DNA of 33,725 nt from Minisyncoccota bacterium (lineage in GTDB: Bacteria > Patescibacteriota > Minisyncoccia > Minisyncoccales > JAZKSW01), in contig JAZKSW010000002.1 of assembly GCA_036625875.1 (NCBI GenBank), positions 1-33,725 on the forward strand. The letters are read 5' to 3'. The translations under genes were made by a program, and so were the position numbers. Shown here piece by piece: positions 1 through 8,399 of the stretch. Position 1 is the stretch's first letter. Each line of letters starts with the position of its first letter. The notes below the pieces were generated by a model. The model did no database searches, was not told the origin of the DNA, and worked only from the letters and a program-made list of their open reading frames with translations.

Positions 1-256
1 TCTGCTGTTAATGAGAGCGGCTCATGCTGTTATCTTTATTTGTGGAAGGACCGGAACTCTTAACGAGTTTACCATTTGTTACGAAGATGGTAGGCTAGGC
101 GGAGTTTTAGAGGGAACTGGTGGAACTTCTGCTATGATTAAAAATATAATTGAAAAAAGCAACAAAGAAGGTCCGGAAGTTATTTATGATTCCGATCCTG
201 AAAAATTGGTTAATCGTTTAATTAAATTAATCGATGAAAAAGAAAAGGTCGGTTAA
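1..256 (+). CDS. LOG/SLOG family protein, C-terminal part (5' end outside window)
   Basis: AVIFICGRTGTLNEF resembles the SLOG GGxGTLxE motif, followed by VLEGTGG; frame is open from the window edge. Confidence 0.7.
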   Translation, partial: LLLMRAAHAVIFICGRTGTLNEFTICYEDGRLGGVLEGTGGTSAMIKNIIEKSNKEGPEVIYDSDPEKLVNRLIKLIDEKEKVG

Positions 257-277
257 GTTCTAATTAATTAAAATAAT

Positions 278-544
278 ATGCCAGAAGCACCTGAAGAAGG
301 AAAATTAATAGGGGAAGTTACTCACTATTTCGGTCATCCGGAGGTGGCTATTATTAAGTTGGAAGACACTTTAGAAATAGGGGACAGTATTAGAATAGTA
401 GGTGGAACTGATACTGATTTTGAGCAAGAAGTTACTTCTATGGAGATTGATAATGAGAAGGTGGAGAAAGCTAGTTCTGGAGATGAAGTCGGAGTGAAAG
501 TTGACGAAAAAGTGAGAGAAACTTACGAAGTTTATAAAGTTTAA
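278..544 (+). CDS. Translation elongation factor-like small beta-barrel protein (EF-Tu domain II / U32 C-terminal-like)
   Basis: IGEVTHYF...VAIIKL...L.IGD.I...F.Q.V.SMEID...G.EVG.KV pattern; very acidic. Confidence 0.75.
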   Translation: MPEAPEEGKLIGEVTHYFGHPEVAIIKLEDTLEIGDSIRIVGGTDTDFEQEVTSMEIDNEKVEKASSGDEVGVKVDEKVRETYEVYKV

Positions 545-545
545 G

Positions 546-992
546 TTGGAAATGTTTGGATATCAAATGATGCTCCAGTTAATCCTGGCTACCCTTTTGG
601 GGGCTATACTCGGACTGGAGAGAGAATTAAAAGAAAAAGAAGCAGGTCTTCAAACTTACAGCCTAATAGCTTTGGGGTCTTGTTTGTTTACGATTCTTGC
701 CTTTAATTATTTTGATATTTTAAGCGGTCATGCTGGACTTGATTTTGATCCGGTTCGAATTATTCAATCAATAGCCATTGGAATCGGTTTTGTTGGAGGT
801 GGAGCTGTTTTCAAAGGAAAATCCTACATCGAAGGATTAACTACTGCTGCCGGATTATGGGTAGCGGCAGGTATAGGTATAGCAGTTGGTACTGAATTTT
901 ATGTTTTAGCTGTCTTTACTGCTTTTGTGGCTTTGTTGATTTTATCAGGTTTGGGAGCAGTAGAAGAAAAATTTTTCCGGCATTCGGTTTAG
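546..992 (+). CDS. MgtC/SapB family membrane protein (start TTG 546 or ATG 552)
   Basis: LGLERE..KEAGLQTY, DPVRI, GIGFVGGG, GLTTAAGLW motifs. Confidence 0.92.
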   Translation: MEMFGYQMMLQLILATLLGAILGLERELKEKEAGLQTYSLIALGSCLFTILAFNYFDILSGHAGLDFDPVRIIQSIAIGIGFVGGGAVFKGKSYIEGLTTAAGLWVAAGIGIAVGTEFYVLAVFTAFVALLILSGLGAVEEKFFRHSV

Positions 993-1025
993 TATTAATC
1001 GTATAATTTTTTTAAGTAGCAAAGT

Positions 1026-2153
1026 ATGCGTAAGAATTTTTATTACGCACTGGCAATTTTAATTGGTACTACTGTTGGGGGAGGTATTTTTGGTCTTCCT
1101 TATGTGATTGCAAAGGCTGGTTTAATTACCAGCTTCTTTTACTTTTTAGTTTTAGGAACGGCAGTACTACTGGTAACATTGTTCTTCGGAGAGATAATAT
1201 TGAGCACCGAAGAAGACCACCGTTTAGTAGGTTACGCTAAAAAATATTTAGGCAAAAAAGGAGAGATAATTATTACTTTGTCTACAGTTCTGGGAATGGT
1301 TGGAGCTCTACTGGCATATGTTATTATCGGAGGAAACTTTTTAAAAATAGTTTTACCGTCTATTGGGTTGAGTGCTACTCATTTTTCATTTTTGTTTTGG
1401 TTAGCCTTGAGTTTCTTTGTTTATAAAGGTATAAAGTTGGTTGCTCCGGCTGAATTAGTTATGAATATCTGCTTGGGAATTATTTTAGTTCTGGTCTTTG
1501 GCTTTGCGATGCCTCACATTGACCCTCAGAACTTTGAAGTCATCAATTGGTCCAACGTATTTTTACCCTTTGGTGTTATTTTATTTGCACTAGTGGGTTG
1601 GACTGCACTACCCGAGATTTCTGAACTTTTTCAAAGTAAAAAAGATCATGATAATTACAAGCGAGTTATAATTCTGGGAATGGGGATTGTAATTTTAATT
1701 TACTTTTTATTCAGTGCTGCTGTAGTAGGAGTTTCTGGTTCGGAAACAACTCAAGAAGCCTTTCAGGGTTTAATGCCATTCCTGGGGTCTAATATTGTTA
1801 GACTCGGAGCGCTCCTGGGAGTCCTGGCAGTGGCTGCTTCCTTTTTAGTATTGAGTCTTTACCTTAAAGATACATTTAAGTATGATTTTAATATAGCTCC
1901 CTGGAAAGCATTTTTAATTACTTCCGTTCCACCAATAATCTTGTTTGCCTTGGGAATGAGAAGTTTCATTGAAGTTTTGGGTATTACCGGTACCGTCATT
2001 GGAGCTTTAGAAGGATCAGCAATAGTCCTAATTTTTAAAGAAATTAAGAAAAAGAGAGATCAAAAGCCGGAATATAGTTTAAGTGTGCCTAATCTTCTGC
2101 TATACTTATTAATAACAGTCTTTTTAATAGGAGCAATAGTCCAGTTTATTTAA
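1026..2153 (+). CDS. Aromatic amino acid (Trp/Tyr)-type permease, APC superfamily
   Basis: LIGTTVGGGIFGLP N-terminal motif; about 11 hydrophobic segments. Confidence 0.85.
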   Translation: MRKNFYYALAILIGTTVGGGIFGLPYVIAKAGLITSFFYFLVLGTAVLLVTLFFGEIILSTEEDHRLVGYAKKYLGKKGEIIITLSTVLGMVGALLAYVIIGGNFLKIVLPSIGLSATHFSFLFWLALSFFVYKGIKLVAPAELVMNICLGIILVLVFGFAMPHIDPQNFEVINWSNVFLPFGVILFALVGWTALPEISELFQSKKDHDNYKRVIILGMGIVILIYFLFSAAVVGVSGSETTQEAFQGLMPFLGSNIVRLGALLGVLAVAASFLVLSLYLKDTFKYDFNIAPWKAFLITSVPPIILFALGMRSFIEVLGITGTVIGALEGSAIVLIFKEIKKKRDQKPEYSLSVPNLLLYLLITVFLIGAIVQFI

Positions 2154-2163
2154 TATAAATAAG

Positions 2164-2235
2164 CTTCTATTTACTCACTCGCATCAAAAAGATAAAAATT
2201 AACATTTTGACTTTTCTCACTCGTTCGTAAATATG
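2164..2235. repeat. 72-bp structured intergenic repeat, copy 1 (ends on ATG 2233)
   Basis: CTTCTATTTACTCACTCG...ACTCGTTCGTAAATATG; closely similar copies at 8810-8882 and 10870-10941. Confidence 0.92.
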
Positions 2236-2832
2236 TATAAACCTTATCAAGATCAAGAAAATCAAAAGACAGGCGATTACAAACCTCGAGGTCCTTTGTC
2301 TGATGAAGATAAGTATGATTCTGGCAAAGAAGATTACATTATTTGTCCCGATTGTAATTCGGTTTATGAAGGTAAGGGGTGGCATCACCATTCAGAATTT
2401 GACATTGAACGTTTGAAGAAAGAAGAGGAAGTAAGGTTTGAGCAATGTCCCGCTTGTAAGATGATTGAAGACAAATATTTTCAAGGGGAAATAATAATTG
2501 AGAATCCGCCCGCTAACCAAAAAGAGCAAATTAAGAATACTGCTCAAAATTATGGCGAGAAGGCATTTAAGAAGGATCCTTTGGACAGAGTTATTTCCAT
2601 CGGAGAGAAAAAAGTTGAGCGGCCCACCGCCCAAGAGAAGCGAGGCAAAGAATCTCGTGATGAAGTCAAAGGAAGAACTGATATTAGGATTTTAACCACC
2701 GAAAACCAATTAGCAGTAAGAATAGCTAAAAAAGTAAATGAAAGCTTAGGTAGAAAAGCAGACTTAGATATTAAACACTCTCACCGTGACAAAGTTAGCA
2801 GGGTAAGGGTTAAGTTTCCGGAAGATGAGTAA
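2233..2832 (+). CDS. BCAM0308-like zinc-ribbon protein
   Basis: CPDC..VY..KGW...CPAC.MI.D...G pattern; P.DR.I and TTENQLAVRI motifs. Confidence 0.7.
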   Translation: MYKPYQDQENQKTGDYKPRGPLSDEDKYDSGKEDYIICPDCNSVYEGKGWHHHSEFDIERLKKEEEVRFEQCPACKMIEDKYFQGEIIIENPPANQKEQIKNTAQNYGEKAFKKDPLDRVISIGEKKVERPTAQEKRGKESRDEVKGRTDIRILTTENQLAVRIAKKVNESLGRKADLDIKHSHRDKVSRVRVKFPEDE

Positions 2833-3097
2833 GGCCCATCTTTTAATTTCAGGCAGAGTGCAAGGAGTTACGTTTAGAGCTAGTACTAAGAAAAAAGCTC
2901 AATCACTCGGATTAAAAGGTTGGGTTCGTAATACCGAGGACGGTAAAGTAGAAACAGTAGTCGAAGGAGAGCAGGAAAAAATTGAAAAGTTGATTGATTG
3001 GTGTAAGCAAGGTCCGAGTCTGGCCAAAGTTCAGAATATTGAAGTTGATTGGAAAGAAGAACAAGAGGGATTTAGCAACTTTGAAGTAAGATATTAA
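2825..3097 (+). CDS. acyP: Acylphosphatase
   Basis: GRVQGVTFR, GWVRN..DG.VE, GP..A.V signatures. Confidence 0.95.
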   Translation: MSKAHLLISGRVQGVTFRASTKKKAQSLGLKGWVRNTEDGKVETVVEGEQEKIEKLIDWCKQGPSLAKVQNIEVDWKEEQEGFSNFEVRY

Positions 3098-3118
3098 TAG
3101 ATGAAAAGCAATTATAGT

Positions 3119-3142
3119 GCCGGGTATAAACTCGGCTTTTTT
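3119..3142 (+). terminator. Intrinsic terminator after acyP
   Basis: GCCGGGT-ATAA-ACTCGGC stem-loop followed by T6. Confidence 0.75.
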
Positions 3143-3201
3143 ATTTGAAATAACTTCTGCGCCTTTACTAAAGAAAAGGTGCAGGGTAAAATGAAAACAG
3201 T

Positions 3202-4434
3202 ATGGCTAATTTGTTTGAAGAAGGAAATAAACAAAAACCTCCTTTGGCTGATCGAATCAGGCCGGATGGGTTTGATGGGTTTTATGGTCAAGAAGACTTA
3301 ATAGGAGAAGGAAGCCCTTTAAGGAAAGCTATTCAAAACGATGAACTTAATTCCTTAATTCTTTGGGGGCCTCCTGGTTCCGGCAAAACAACTTTGGCTA
3401 AGATTATAGCTAACAAAACTGACGCTCATTTTGTTAAGTTTTCTGCAGTGGATGCTCGTTTGAAGGAAGTAAGAAAAGCAATTCGAGAAGCCGAAGAAAG
3501 ACAAAAAGTTCACAATCAAAGAACCATCTTGTTTATTGACGAAATTCATCGTTTCAACAAAGCACAACAAGATGCTTTTCTTCCTTATGTTGAAGAGGGT
3601 ACGATTATCTTAATCGGAGCTACTACTGAAAACCCTTCTTTTGAAGTTATATCTCCTTTGTTGTCTCGCTCTTCCGTTTACACTCTGGATCCACTTGATG
3701 AAGAATCAATGAAAAAGATTATCAAGAGGGCACTTAAGAAAGGATTTGAAAATAGTTTTGAAATTACTGATCAAGCCTTGGAAAGATTAATTAATTATGC
3801 TGACGGTGATGCCCGAGTGGGGCTTAATGGCTTGGAACTGGGAGTTAATTTTGTTGAAGCTAATGAAGGAAATAAGATTACGGAAGAAGTCTTAGATAAA
3901 GTTTTAAAAGAACATGCCTTACGTTATGATAAAAAAGGAGAACAGCATTATAATTTAATTTCTGCTTTTATTAAAAGTATGCGTGATTCTGATCCGGATG
4001 CCGCTCTGTATTGGTTGGCTCGTATGGTGGAATCGGGCGAAGATCCGAGATTCATAGCACGAAGAATGGTAATTTTTGCTTCGGAAGACATCGGAAATGC
4101 TGATCCTCAGGCTTTGGAGGTAGCCACCAACGTTGCCCGAGCAGTTGAATTCGTAGGGTTGCCCGAAGTCCAAATTAATTTAGCTCAAGGGACGACTTAT
4201 CTTGCCACTGCTCCCAAGAATAATGCTTCTTACTCCGCTTTACTAAAGGCTTTAAAAGATGCGAAGAAAGGTGCTTTTGGAGTTCCTCTTCATTTAAGAA
4301 ACGCTGCTACTAATTTAATGAAGAAGATGGGTTACGGCGAAGATTACGAATATGCTCATGATTTGGAAGAAGAGCCGGACCAAGAACACTTTCCTGAAGA
4401 ATTAGGAGAACAAAATTATTACAAGGAGGACTAA
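3202..4434 (+). CDS. rarA: Replication-associated recombination protein A (AAA+ ATPase)
   Basis: PLADRIRP, GPPGSGKTT, FIDEIHRFNKAQQDAFLP, GATTENPSFEV, ASEDIG. Confidence 0.97.
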   Translation: MANLFEEGNKQKPPLADRIRPDGFDGFYGQEDLIGEGSPLRKAIQNDELNSLILWGPPGSGKTTLAKIIANKTDAHFVKFSAVDARLKEVRKAIREAEERQKVHNQRTILFIDEIHRFNKAQQDAFLPYVEEGTIILIGATTENPSFEVISPLLSRSSVYTLDPLDEESMKKIIKRALKKGFENSFEITDQALERLINYADGDARVGLNGLELGVNFVEANEGNKITEEVLDKVLKEHALRYDKKGEQHYNLISAFIKSMRDSDPDAALYWLARMVESGEDPRFIARRMVIFASEDIGNADPQALEVATNVARAVEFVGLPEVQINLAQGTTYLATAPKNNASYSALLKALKDAKKGAFGVPLHLRNAATNLMKKMGYGEDYEYAHDLEEEPDQEHFPEELGEQNYYKED

Positions 4435-4450
4435 CCAATTTTAATATAAA

Positions 4451-4846
4451 ATGAATAATAAAAAGCCGGTTTTAACTACTGATGGACTGATTACCAAGGG
4501 AGATAAAATTCTGTTGATTAAAAGAGACATTGAACCCTTTAAGGGTTTTTGGGTTTTGCCCGGTGGACATGTTGAGTACAACGAAAAAGTTGAGCAAGCA
4601 ATTAGAAGAGAAGTAAAAGAGGAATTAGGTGTTAATGTTAAAATTAAGAATTTGGTCGGAGTCTATTCTGATCCTGAACGGGATCCTCGTTATCACAGTG
4701 TAAGTGTAGCTTTCTATTTAAAAAAGACAGGAGGAGAGTTTTCCCTCAATGAGGAGGCTACCACTTTTGAATACTTTCACTTTGAAAATCTTCCTCGGAA
4801 GGTAGGTTTTGATCATAGAAAAATAATTAAAGATCTAGAAAAATAA
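4451..4846 (+). CDS. NUDIX hydrolase (ADP-ribose pyrophosphatase-like)
   Basis: Nudix box PGGHVEYNE...AIRREVKEELG; RDPR and FDH motifs. Confidence 0.9.
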   Translation: MNNKKPVLTTDGLITKGDKILLIKRDIEPFKGFWVLPGGHVEYNEKVEQAIRREVKEELGVNVKIKNLVGVYSDPERDPRYHSVSVAFYLKKTGGEFSLNEEATTFEYFHFENLPRKVGFDHRKIIKDLEK

Positions 4847-4875
4847 TAAATTTAAGAGCAAGGTAAAATAGATTA

Positions 4876-6240
4876 ATGGACATTTATTCTAAAAAAACCA
4901 AAGATGAATTGAAAGTTACATTAGAAGACAGAGTATTTACTGTTACTGAGTTTATCAATTTTGTAAATGCTTTGTTTGAACCTTTGAAATCTCGTCGGGT
5001 TTCGATAAAAGGTGAAATAGGAGAAGATATTAATCTTTATCCCCGGTATGGTTTTTTTAAATTGATCGATGAAAATGATTCAGTTTTACAATGCTTTGCC
5101 TACAAAAGAGTGATCAATGAAATGGAGATTGATTTTGAGCCAGGTATGGAAGTAAAGATTAGTGGTTATCCGGAATTAAGAAAGAAAAAAGGTAGTTTTA
5201 ATTTTCAAGTAAAAAGAATTGTACCGACCGGCGAAGGAGAATTAAAAAAGCAATTTGAACTGTTAAAAAAGAAATTAAAAGAAAAAGGTTTTTTTGATAA
5301 AGAGAAGAAGCAAGAAATTCCTCCTTTTGCGGAAAAGATCGGCTTAATCACATCGAAAGGAAGCGATGCAGAAGAAGACTTTCGAACACATCTTAAGAAA
5401 TATGGTTTCACTATTTATTCCTACAATAGTAAAGTGGAGGGTGATTCGGCCATACAAGATATTGTTTCGGGGATTCAATTATTAAATAGTAAATTCCCCG
5501 ATTTAGACTTGATAGTTATCACTAGAGGTGGAGGAAGTTGGGAGTCATTACAAGCTTTTAATAGCAAGGAAGTTGTCAAAAGTGCCTTTTCCTCAAATAA
5601 GCCTATTATTTCCGGAGTTGGTCATGAGAACGATGTAACTCTTTTGGATTTAGTTGCGGATATGAGGGTTTCTACGCCTACCGATGCTGGTAAATATCTT
5701 TCTGAAAACTGGGAACAAGGTGCACAGTTTATTGAGCAATCAGAGAGGAATTTAAATATGACCATAGCAAATATAATAGAAAGAGTTAAGCAGCAATTTG
5801 CAGAAATGAAAAGATTCTTTGAAAGAGAAATTAAAAATGAAATTGGTAAACTTGAACAATCCTTAGAACATGATTTAAAGTTTTTAACTAATCAACTTAA
5901 AAGCAAAATAGAAAAGTTTTATTCTTTAGAAGAAAGTTTTCGTGCGAATGGATATAAGTTGAAAGTTAATTTTAAAGAAAACAAAGAAAAGGTCGAAACA
6001 TTAACTCAGCAATTAAATCAAAATAAAGAACACTGGGAAGAAACACTTTTTAAACAGCTTTCACAGGAACGAGAAAAATTAAGAATTTCTAGTCCAAAGT
6101 TTAAATTACGTCAAGGATACTCAATTACTAAAAAGCAAGGAGAGGTAGTGAAAAAATCTTCTGATCTGAAGCAAGGGGACAAAATCAAGACAAAGCTTTC
6201 CAAAGGAAGTGTGAAATCCCAAGTGGAAAATAATGAGTGA
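4876..6240 (+). CDS. xseA: Exodeoxyribonuclease VII large subunit
   Basis: N-terminal OB fold; IGLITS, RGGGS, SGVGHENDVTLLDLVAD.R.STPT, GYSI. Confidence 0.95.
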   Translation: MDIYSKKTKDELKVTLEDRVFTVTEFINFVNALFEPLKSRRVSIKGEIGEDINLYPRYGFFKLIDENDSVLQCFAYKRVINEMEIDFEPGMEVKISGYPELRKKKGSFNFQVKRIVPTGEGELKKQFELLKKKLKEKGFFDKEKKQEIPPFAEKIGLITSKGSDAEEDFRTHLKKYGFTIYSYNSKVEGDSAIQDIVSGIQLLNSKFPDLDLIVITRGGGSWESLQAFNSKEVVKSAFSSNKPIISGVGHENDVTLLDLVADMRVSTPTDAGKYLSENWEQGAQFIEQSERNLNMTIANIIERVKQQFAEMKRFFEREIKNEIGKLEQSLEHDLKFLTNQLKSKIEKFYSLEESFRANGYKLKVNFKENKEKVETLTQQLNQNKEHWEETLFKQLSQEREKLRISSPKFKLRQGYSITKKQGEVVKKSSDLKQGDKIKTKLSKGSVKSQVENNE

Positions 6241-6448
6241 CGAAAAATTTGATTTTTCCGAAGCATATCAAGAAATAAAAGAAATAAATAAGTGGTTTGA
6301 GAAGGAAGAGATAGATTTAGAGGAGGCCTTGGACAAATATGAAAAAGGAATGAAGCTTATAAAAAAATGTAAGGATAGACTTGAAGAATCCGAAAATAAG
6401 TTCAAGGAAATTAAGGAAGAATATTCCGAAGAAGTAAAGGAGGATTGA
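6233..6448 (+). CDS. xseB: Exodeoxyribonuclease VII small subunit
   Basis: F.EA...I.EI...LEEAL..YE.G..L.K.C...L pattern; overlaps the xseA stop. Confidence 0.93.
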   Translation: MSDEKFDFSEAYQEIKEINKWFEKEEIDLEEALDKYEKGMKLIKKCKDRLEESENKFKEIKEEYSEEVKED

Positions 6449-6472
6449 CTATTTATAAAAGGGAGTTTCCAC

Positions 6473-6500
6473 TTGACAGTTTCTCTCTTTTTTCTACAAT
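6473..6500 (+). promoter_or_regulatory. Sigma70-type promoter of the leader-peptide unit
   Basis: TTGACA (6473-6478), 16 bp spacer, TACAAT (6495-6500). Confidence 0.7.
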
Positions 6501-6509
6501 GTAACCACA

Positions 6510-6581
6510 ATGAGTTATCTCTCAGTTATTAATTTAATTCTATTTATTATTTACCCCGCGAACGGCTGGGAGGTAGCTTAA
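6510..6581 (+). CDS. Putative attenuator leader peptide MSYLSVINLILFIIYPANGWEVA
   Basis: 23-codon ORF starting 9 nt after the -10; Ile/Leu/Val-rich middle; 3' end overlaps the antiterminator arm. Confidence 0.55.
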   Translation: MSYLSVINLILFIIYPANGWEVA

Positions 6582-6636
6582 TTTTGGTACAACTAAATAG
6601 ATTCAAGTCAAACCTCCCAGCTCGGGAGGAATTTTT
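6565..6636 (+). promoter_or_regulatory. Transcription attenuator (mutually exclusive antiterminator and terminator)
   Basis: GCTGGGAGGT (6565-6574) is the perfect complement of ACCTCCCAGC (6612-6621); alternative hairpin CCTCCC-AGCTC-GGGAGG (6613-6629) followed by AATTTTT. Confidence 0.65.
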
Positions 6637-6669
6637 AATTGTTCGTTTAAATCTTATAGGAGGTGTTTT

Positions 6670-6801
6670 TTGTTGGATGGTGAAAGAGTTTCGACGAAGT
6701 TTGATGAGAAGAGACAAACCCAAGTAGAAGTTCCACTTTCTCTTGTATGGCAGCCTGAGCCGGACTTTTATCCGAGAGATAACAACAATGAATTATCTTA
6801 G
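6670..6801 (+). CDS. Hypothetical 43-aa micro-protein (not in ORF track)
   Basis: SD AGGAGGT at 6658-6664, TTG start, (M)LDGERVSTKFDEKRQTQVEVPLSLVWQPEPDFYPRDNNNELS, TAG directly before the next SD. Confidence 0.5.
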   Translation: MLDGERVSTKFDEKRQTQVEVPLSLVWQPEPDFYPRDNNNELS

Positions 6802-6814
6802 AAGGAGGTATTTG

Positions 6815-7066
6815 ATGGATAGTTTATACGATGAAGGTGGTACTAACCTAACAGTGCAAGAGCTATGCAGGCAAACTTCCAACGAAGAAGTTAGACAGGA
6901 TATTGAAAGAATTGTAAATTTTCTCTGTGATCAAAGAGAAATGTATGAAGAAGAAGTTAAAAAGAAAAAGGTAAGGGAGTTACTTACATTGGATGAGTTA
7001 CCTTCTGAGCATAAGGAGACTCTAAAAGGGTTTGATCTTGCTCTTAATAGGCAAAAAAGTTGCTGA
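6815..7066 (+). CDS. Hypothetical 83-aa acidic helical protein
   Basis: SD AAGGAGGT (6802-6809) precedes ATG 6815, preferred over the track start 6743; followed by a terminator. Confidence 0.65.
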   Translation: MDSLYDEGGTNLTVQELCRQTSNEEVRQDIERIVNFLCDQREMYEEEVKKKKVRELLTLDELPSEHKETLKGFDLALNRQKSC

Positions 7067-7075
7067 CATTCAAAG

Positions 7076-7110
7076 GGGCAGGGGAAGCAATTCCCTTGCC
7101 CACCTTTTTT
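7076..7110 (+). terminator. Intrinsic terminator
   Basis: GGGCAGGGGAA-GCAA-TTCCCTTGCCC followed by ACC and T6. Confidence 0.8.
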
Positions 7111-7133
7111 ATTTTGCTACAATAAAAACAGAC

Positions 7134-7682
7134 ATGAAAAACGGACTGAAAATCATAATTTTATTACTCGTTATCACTGCTATAACTACTTTTACTTGGA
7201 TTCTTCTTCAAAGGTCGGAACAAGTTTCTAACAAAACAGGTGATATGAAAATAACAAGTCCTGCTTTTGAACCTAACCAACCAATACCTGATAAATATAC
7301 TTGTACCGGGGAAGATATTAATCCGCCTCTGAAGTTTGAAGAAATTCCTCAAAAAGCTGAATCTTTAGTATTAATTGTAGATGATCCCGATGCACCTTCC
7401 GGCACTTGGTTGCATTGGACTGTTTGGAATATTAATCCCAATGTAGGTGAGATTAAAGAAAATACTATCCCCTCTAGTGCGGTAGAAGGCATGACTGATT
7501 TTGGGGAACCGGGTTATGGTGGTCCTTGCCCTCCTTCCGGAGAACACCGCTACCGATTTAAAGTCTTTGCTTTGAGTAGAAAGCTAAATTTAAAGGAAGG
7601 AGCTGAACAAGAAGAATTAGAAAGAGCATTGGAGGATTACATAATAGAGAAGGATCAATTGGTAGGGGTTTACAGTAAATAA
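7134..7682 (+). CDS. YbhB/YbcL (PEBP family) protein with N-terminal membrane anchor
   Basis: MKITSPAF, YTC.G.D.NPPL, DDPDAP.GTW.HW, GYGGPCPP.G.HRY.F; ATG 7134 follows an extended -10 TGCTACAAT. Confidence 0.92.
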   Translation: MKNGLKIIILLLVITAITTFTWILLQRSEQVSNKTGDMKITSPAFEPNQPIPDKYTCTGEDINPPLKFEEIPQKAESLVLIVDDPDAPSGTWLHWTVWNINPNVGEIKENTIPSSAVEGMTDFGEPGYGGPCPPSGEHRYRFKVFALSRKLNLKEGAEQEELERALEDYIIEKDQLVGVYSK

Positions 7683-7704
7683 GGAAATAAATACAAACCA
7701 GATT

Positions 7705-7728
7705 ACCGTCTGTAATGGGGCGGTTTTT
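7705..7728 (+). terminator. Probable intrinsic terminator
   Basis: ACCGTCT-GTAATG-GGGCGGT stem (with G-U pairs) followed by a T run. Confidence 0.55.
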
Positions 7729-7734
7729 GTTGTC

Positions 7735-7763
7735 TTGACAAAATTAATATAAATTAGTATTAT
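7735..7763 (+). promoter_or_regulatory. Sigma70-type promoter of rlpA
   Basis: TTGACA, 17 bp spacer, TATTAT. Confidence 0.7.
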
Positions 7764-7823
7764 TTAAATACGGGGTAGAAAGGAGCTACCACAGATCTTT
7801 ATACAACCGAATAGGAGGTTAAA

Positions 7824-8321
7824 ATGAAAAAGCTTATTGTGGTAGTTGCTTTGTTGGTCTTCTTCTCTAGTAACGCTATAGGTTCTGTTGGAGTTACTGT
7901 ACGTTCCGGTGCAACACTTTGGAGTATTGCTCAGGATTTCAACATGTCCGTTTCGGAATTAATGGGAATTAATGATTTAGAGGATGCTACAATTTATCCG
8001 GGGCAAGAATTGAAGGTTAAGCCCTATGTTAACTCTTATGCTGTAGTTAGCTGGTATGGCTCAAAGTTTCACGGTCGGTCAATGGCCAATGGAGAAGAGT
8101 TTGATATGCATGACCCGAAGATAGTGGCTCATAAGTGGTTACCTTTTGGCACAAAAGTTAAACTTACTCGTGTAGATACCAATCATAGCATTAAGGTCAT
8201 AGTGAAAGACCGTGGTCCTTACGTAGAAGGTCGTAATTTTGATCTAAGTCGAGCTGCCGCAGAAAAACTAAATATGAAAAGTAAAGGTGTTATTGAATGT
8301 AAAGTTGAAATTATCTCATAA
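7824..8321 (+). CDS. rlpA: LysM-domain RlpA-family lytic transglycosylase with signal peptide
   Basis: LysM (V.SG.TLWSIA...IYPGQ.L.V) plus DPBB (SWYG..FHG...ANGE.F, AH..LPFGT, DRGPY..GR..DLS..AA); SD TAGGAGG. Confidence 0.9.
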   Translation: MKKLIVVVALLVFFSSNAIGSVGVTVRSGATLWSIAQDFNMSVSELMGINDLEDATIYPGQELKVKPYVNSYAVVSWYGSKFHGRSMANGEEFDMHDPKIVAHKWLPFGTKVKLTRVDTNHSIKVIVKDRGPYVEGRNFDLSRAAAEKLNMKSKGVIECKVEIIS

Positions 8322-8328
8322 GTACGAT

Positions 8329-8358
8329 CTCCCGTCGGCTTTGCCGACGGGAGTTTTT
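8329..8358 (+). terminator. Intrinsic terminator
   Basis: Perfect 11-bp stem CTCCCGTCGGC-TTT-GCCGACGGGAG followed by T5. Confidence 0.88.
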
Positions 8359-8399
8359 ATTTGATTTAACGGGGTAAGTTTAGTAAAATAATAGTGTCC

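Noticed and set aside
2167-2695. ORFs 2167-2391(-), 2392-2634(-) and 2498-2695(+)
   Set aside because: Antisense or out-of-frame shadows of the BCAM0308-like gene; no motifs
6743-6814. ORF-track TTG start for the 107-aa ORF
   Set aside because: A strong SD precedes ATG 6815, and the upstream region is occupied by another SD-led ORF
7032-7133. N-terminal extension of the PEBP ORF
   Set aside because: Runs through a terminator hairpin and promoter; ATG 7134 is more plausible
7770-7800. GGTAG-AAAGGAG-CTACC hairpin in the rlpA leader as a riboswitch
   Set aside because: Leader is only about 55 nt, with no c-di-AMP or c-di-GMP aptamer consensus
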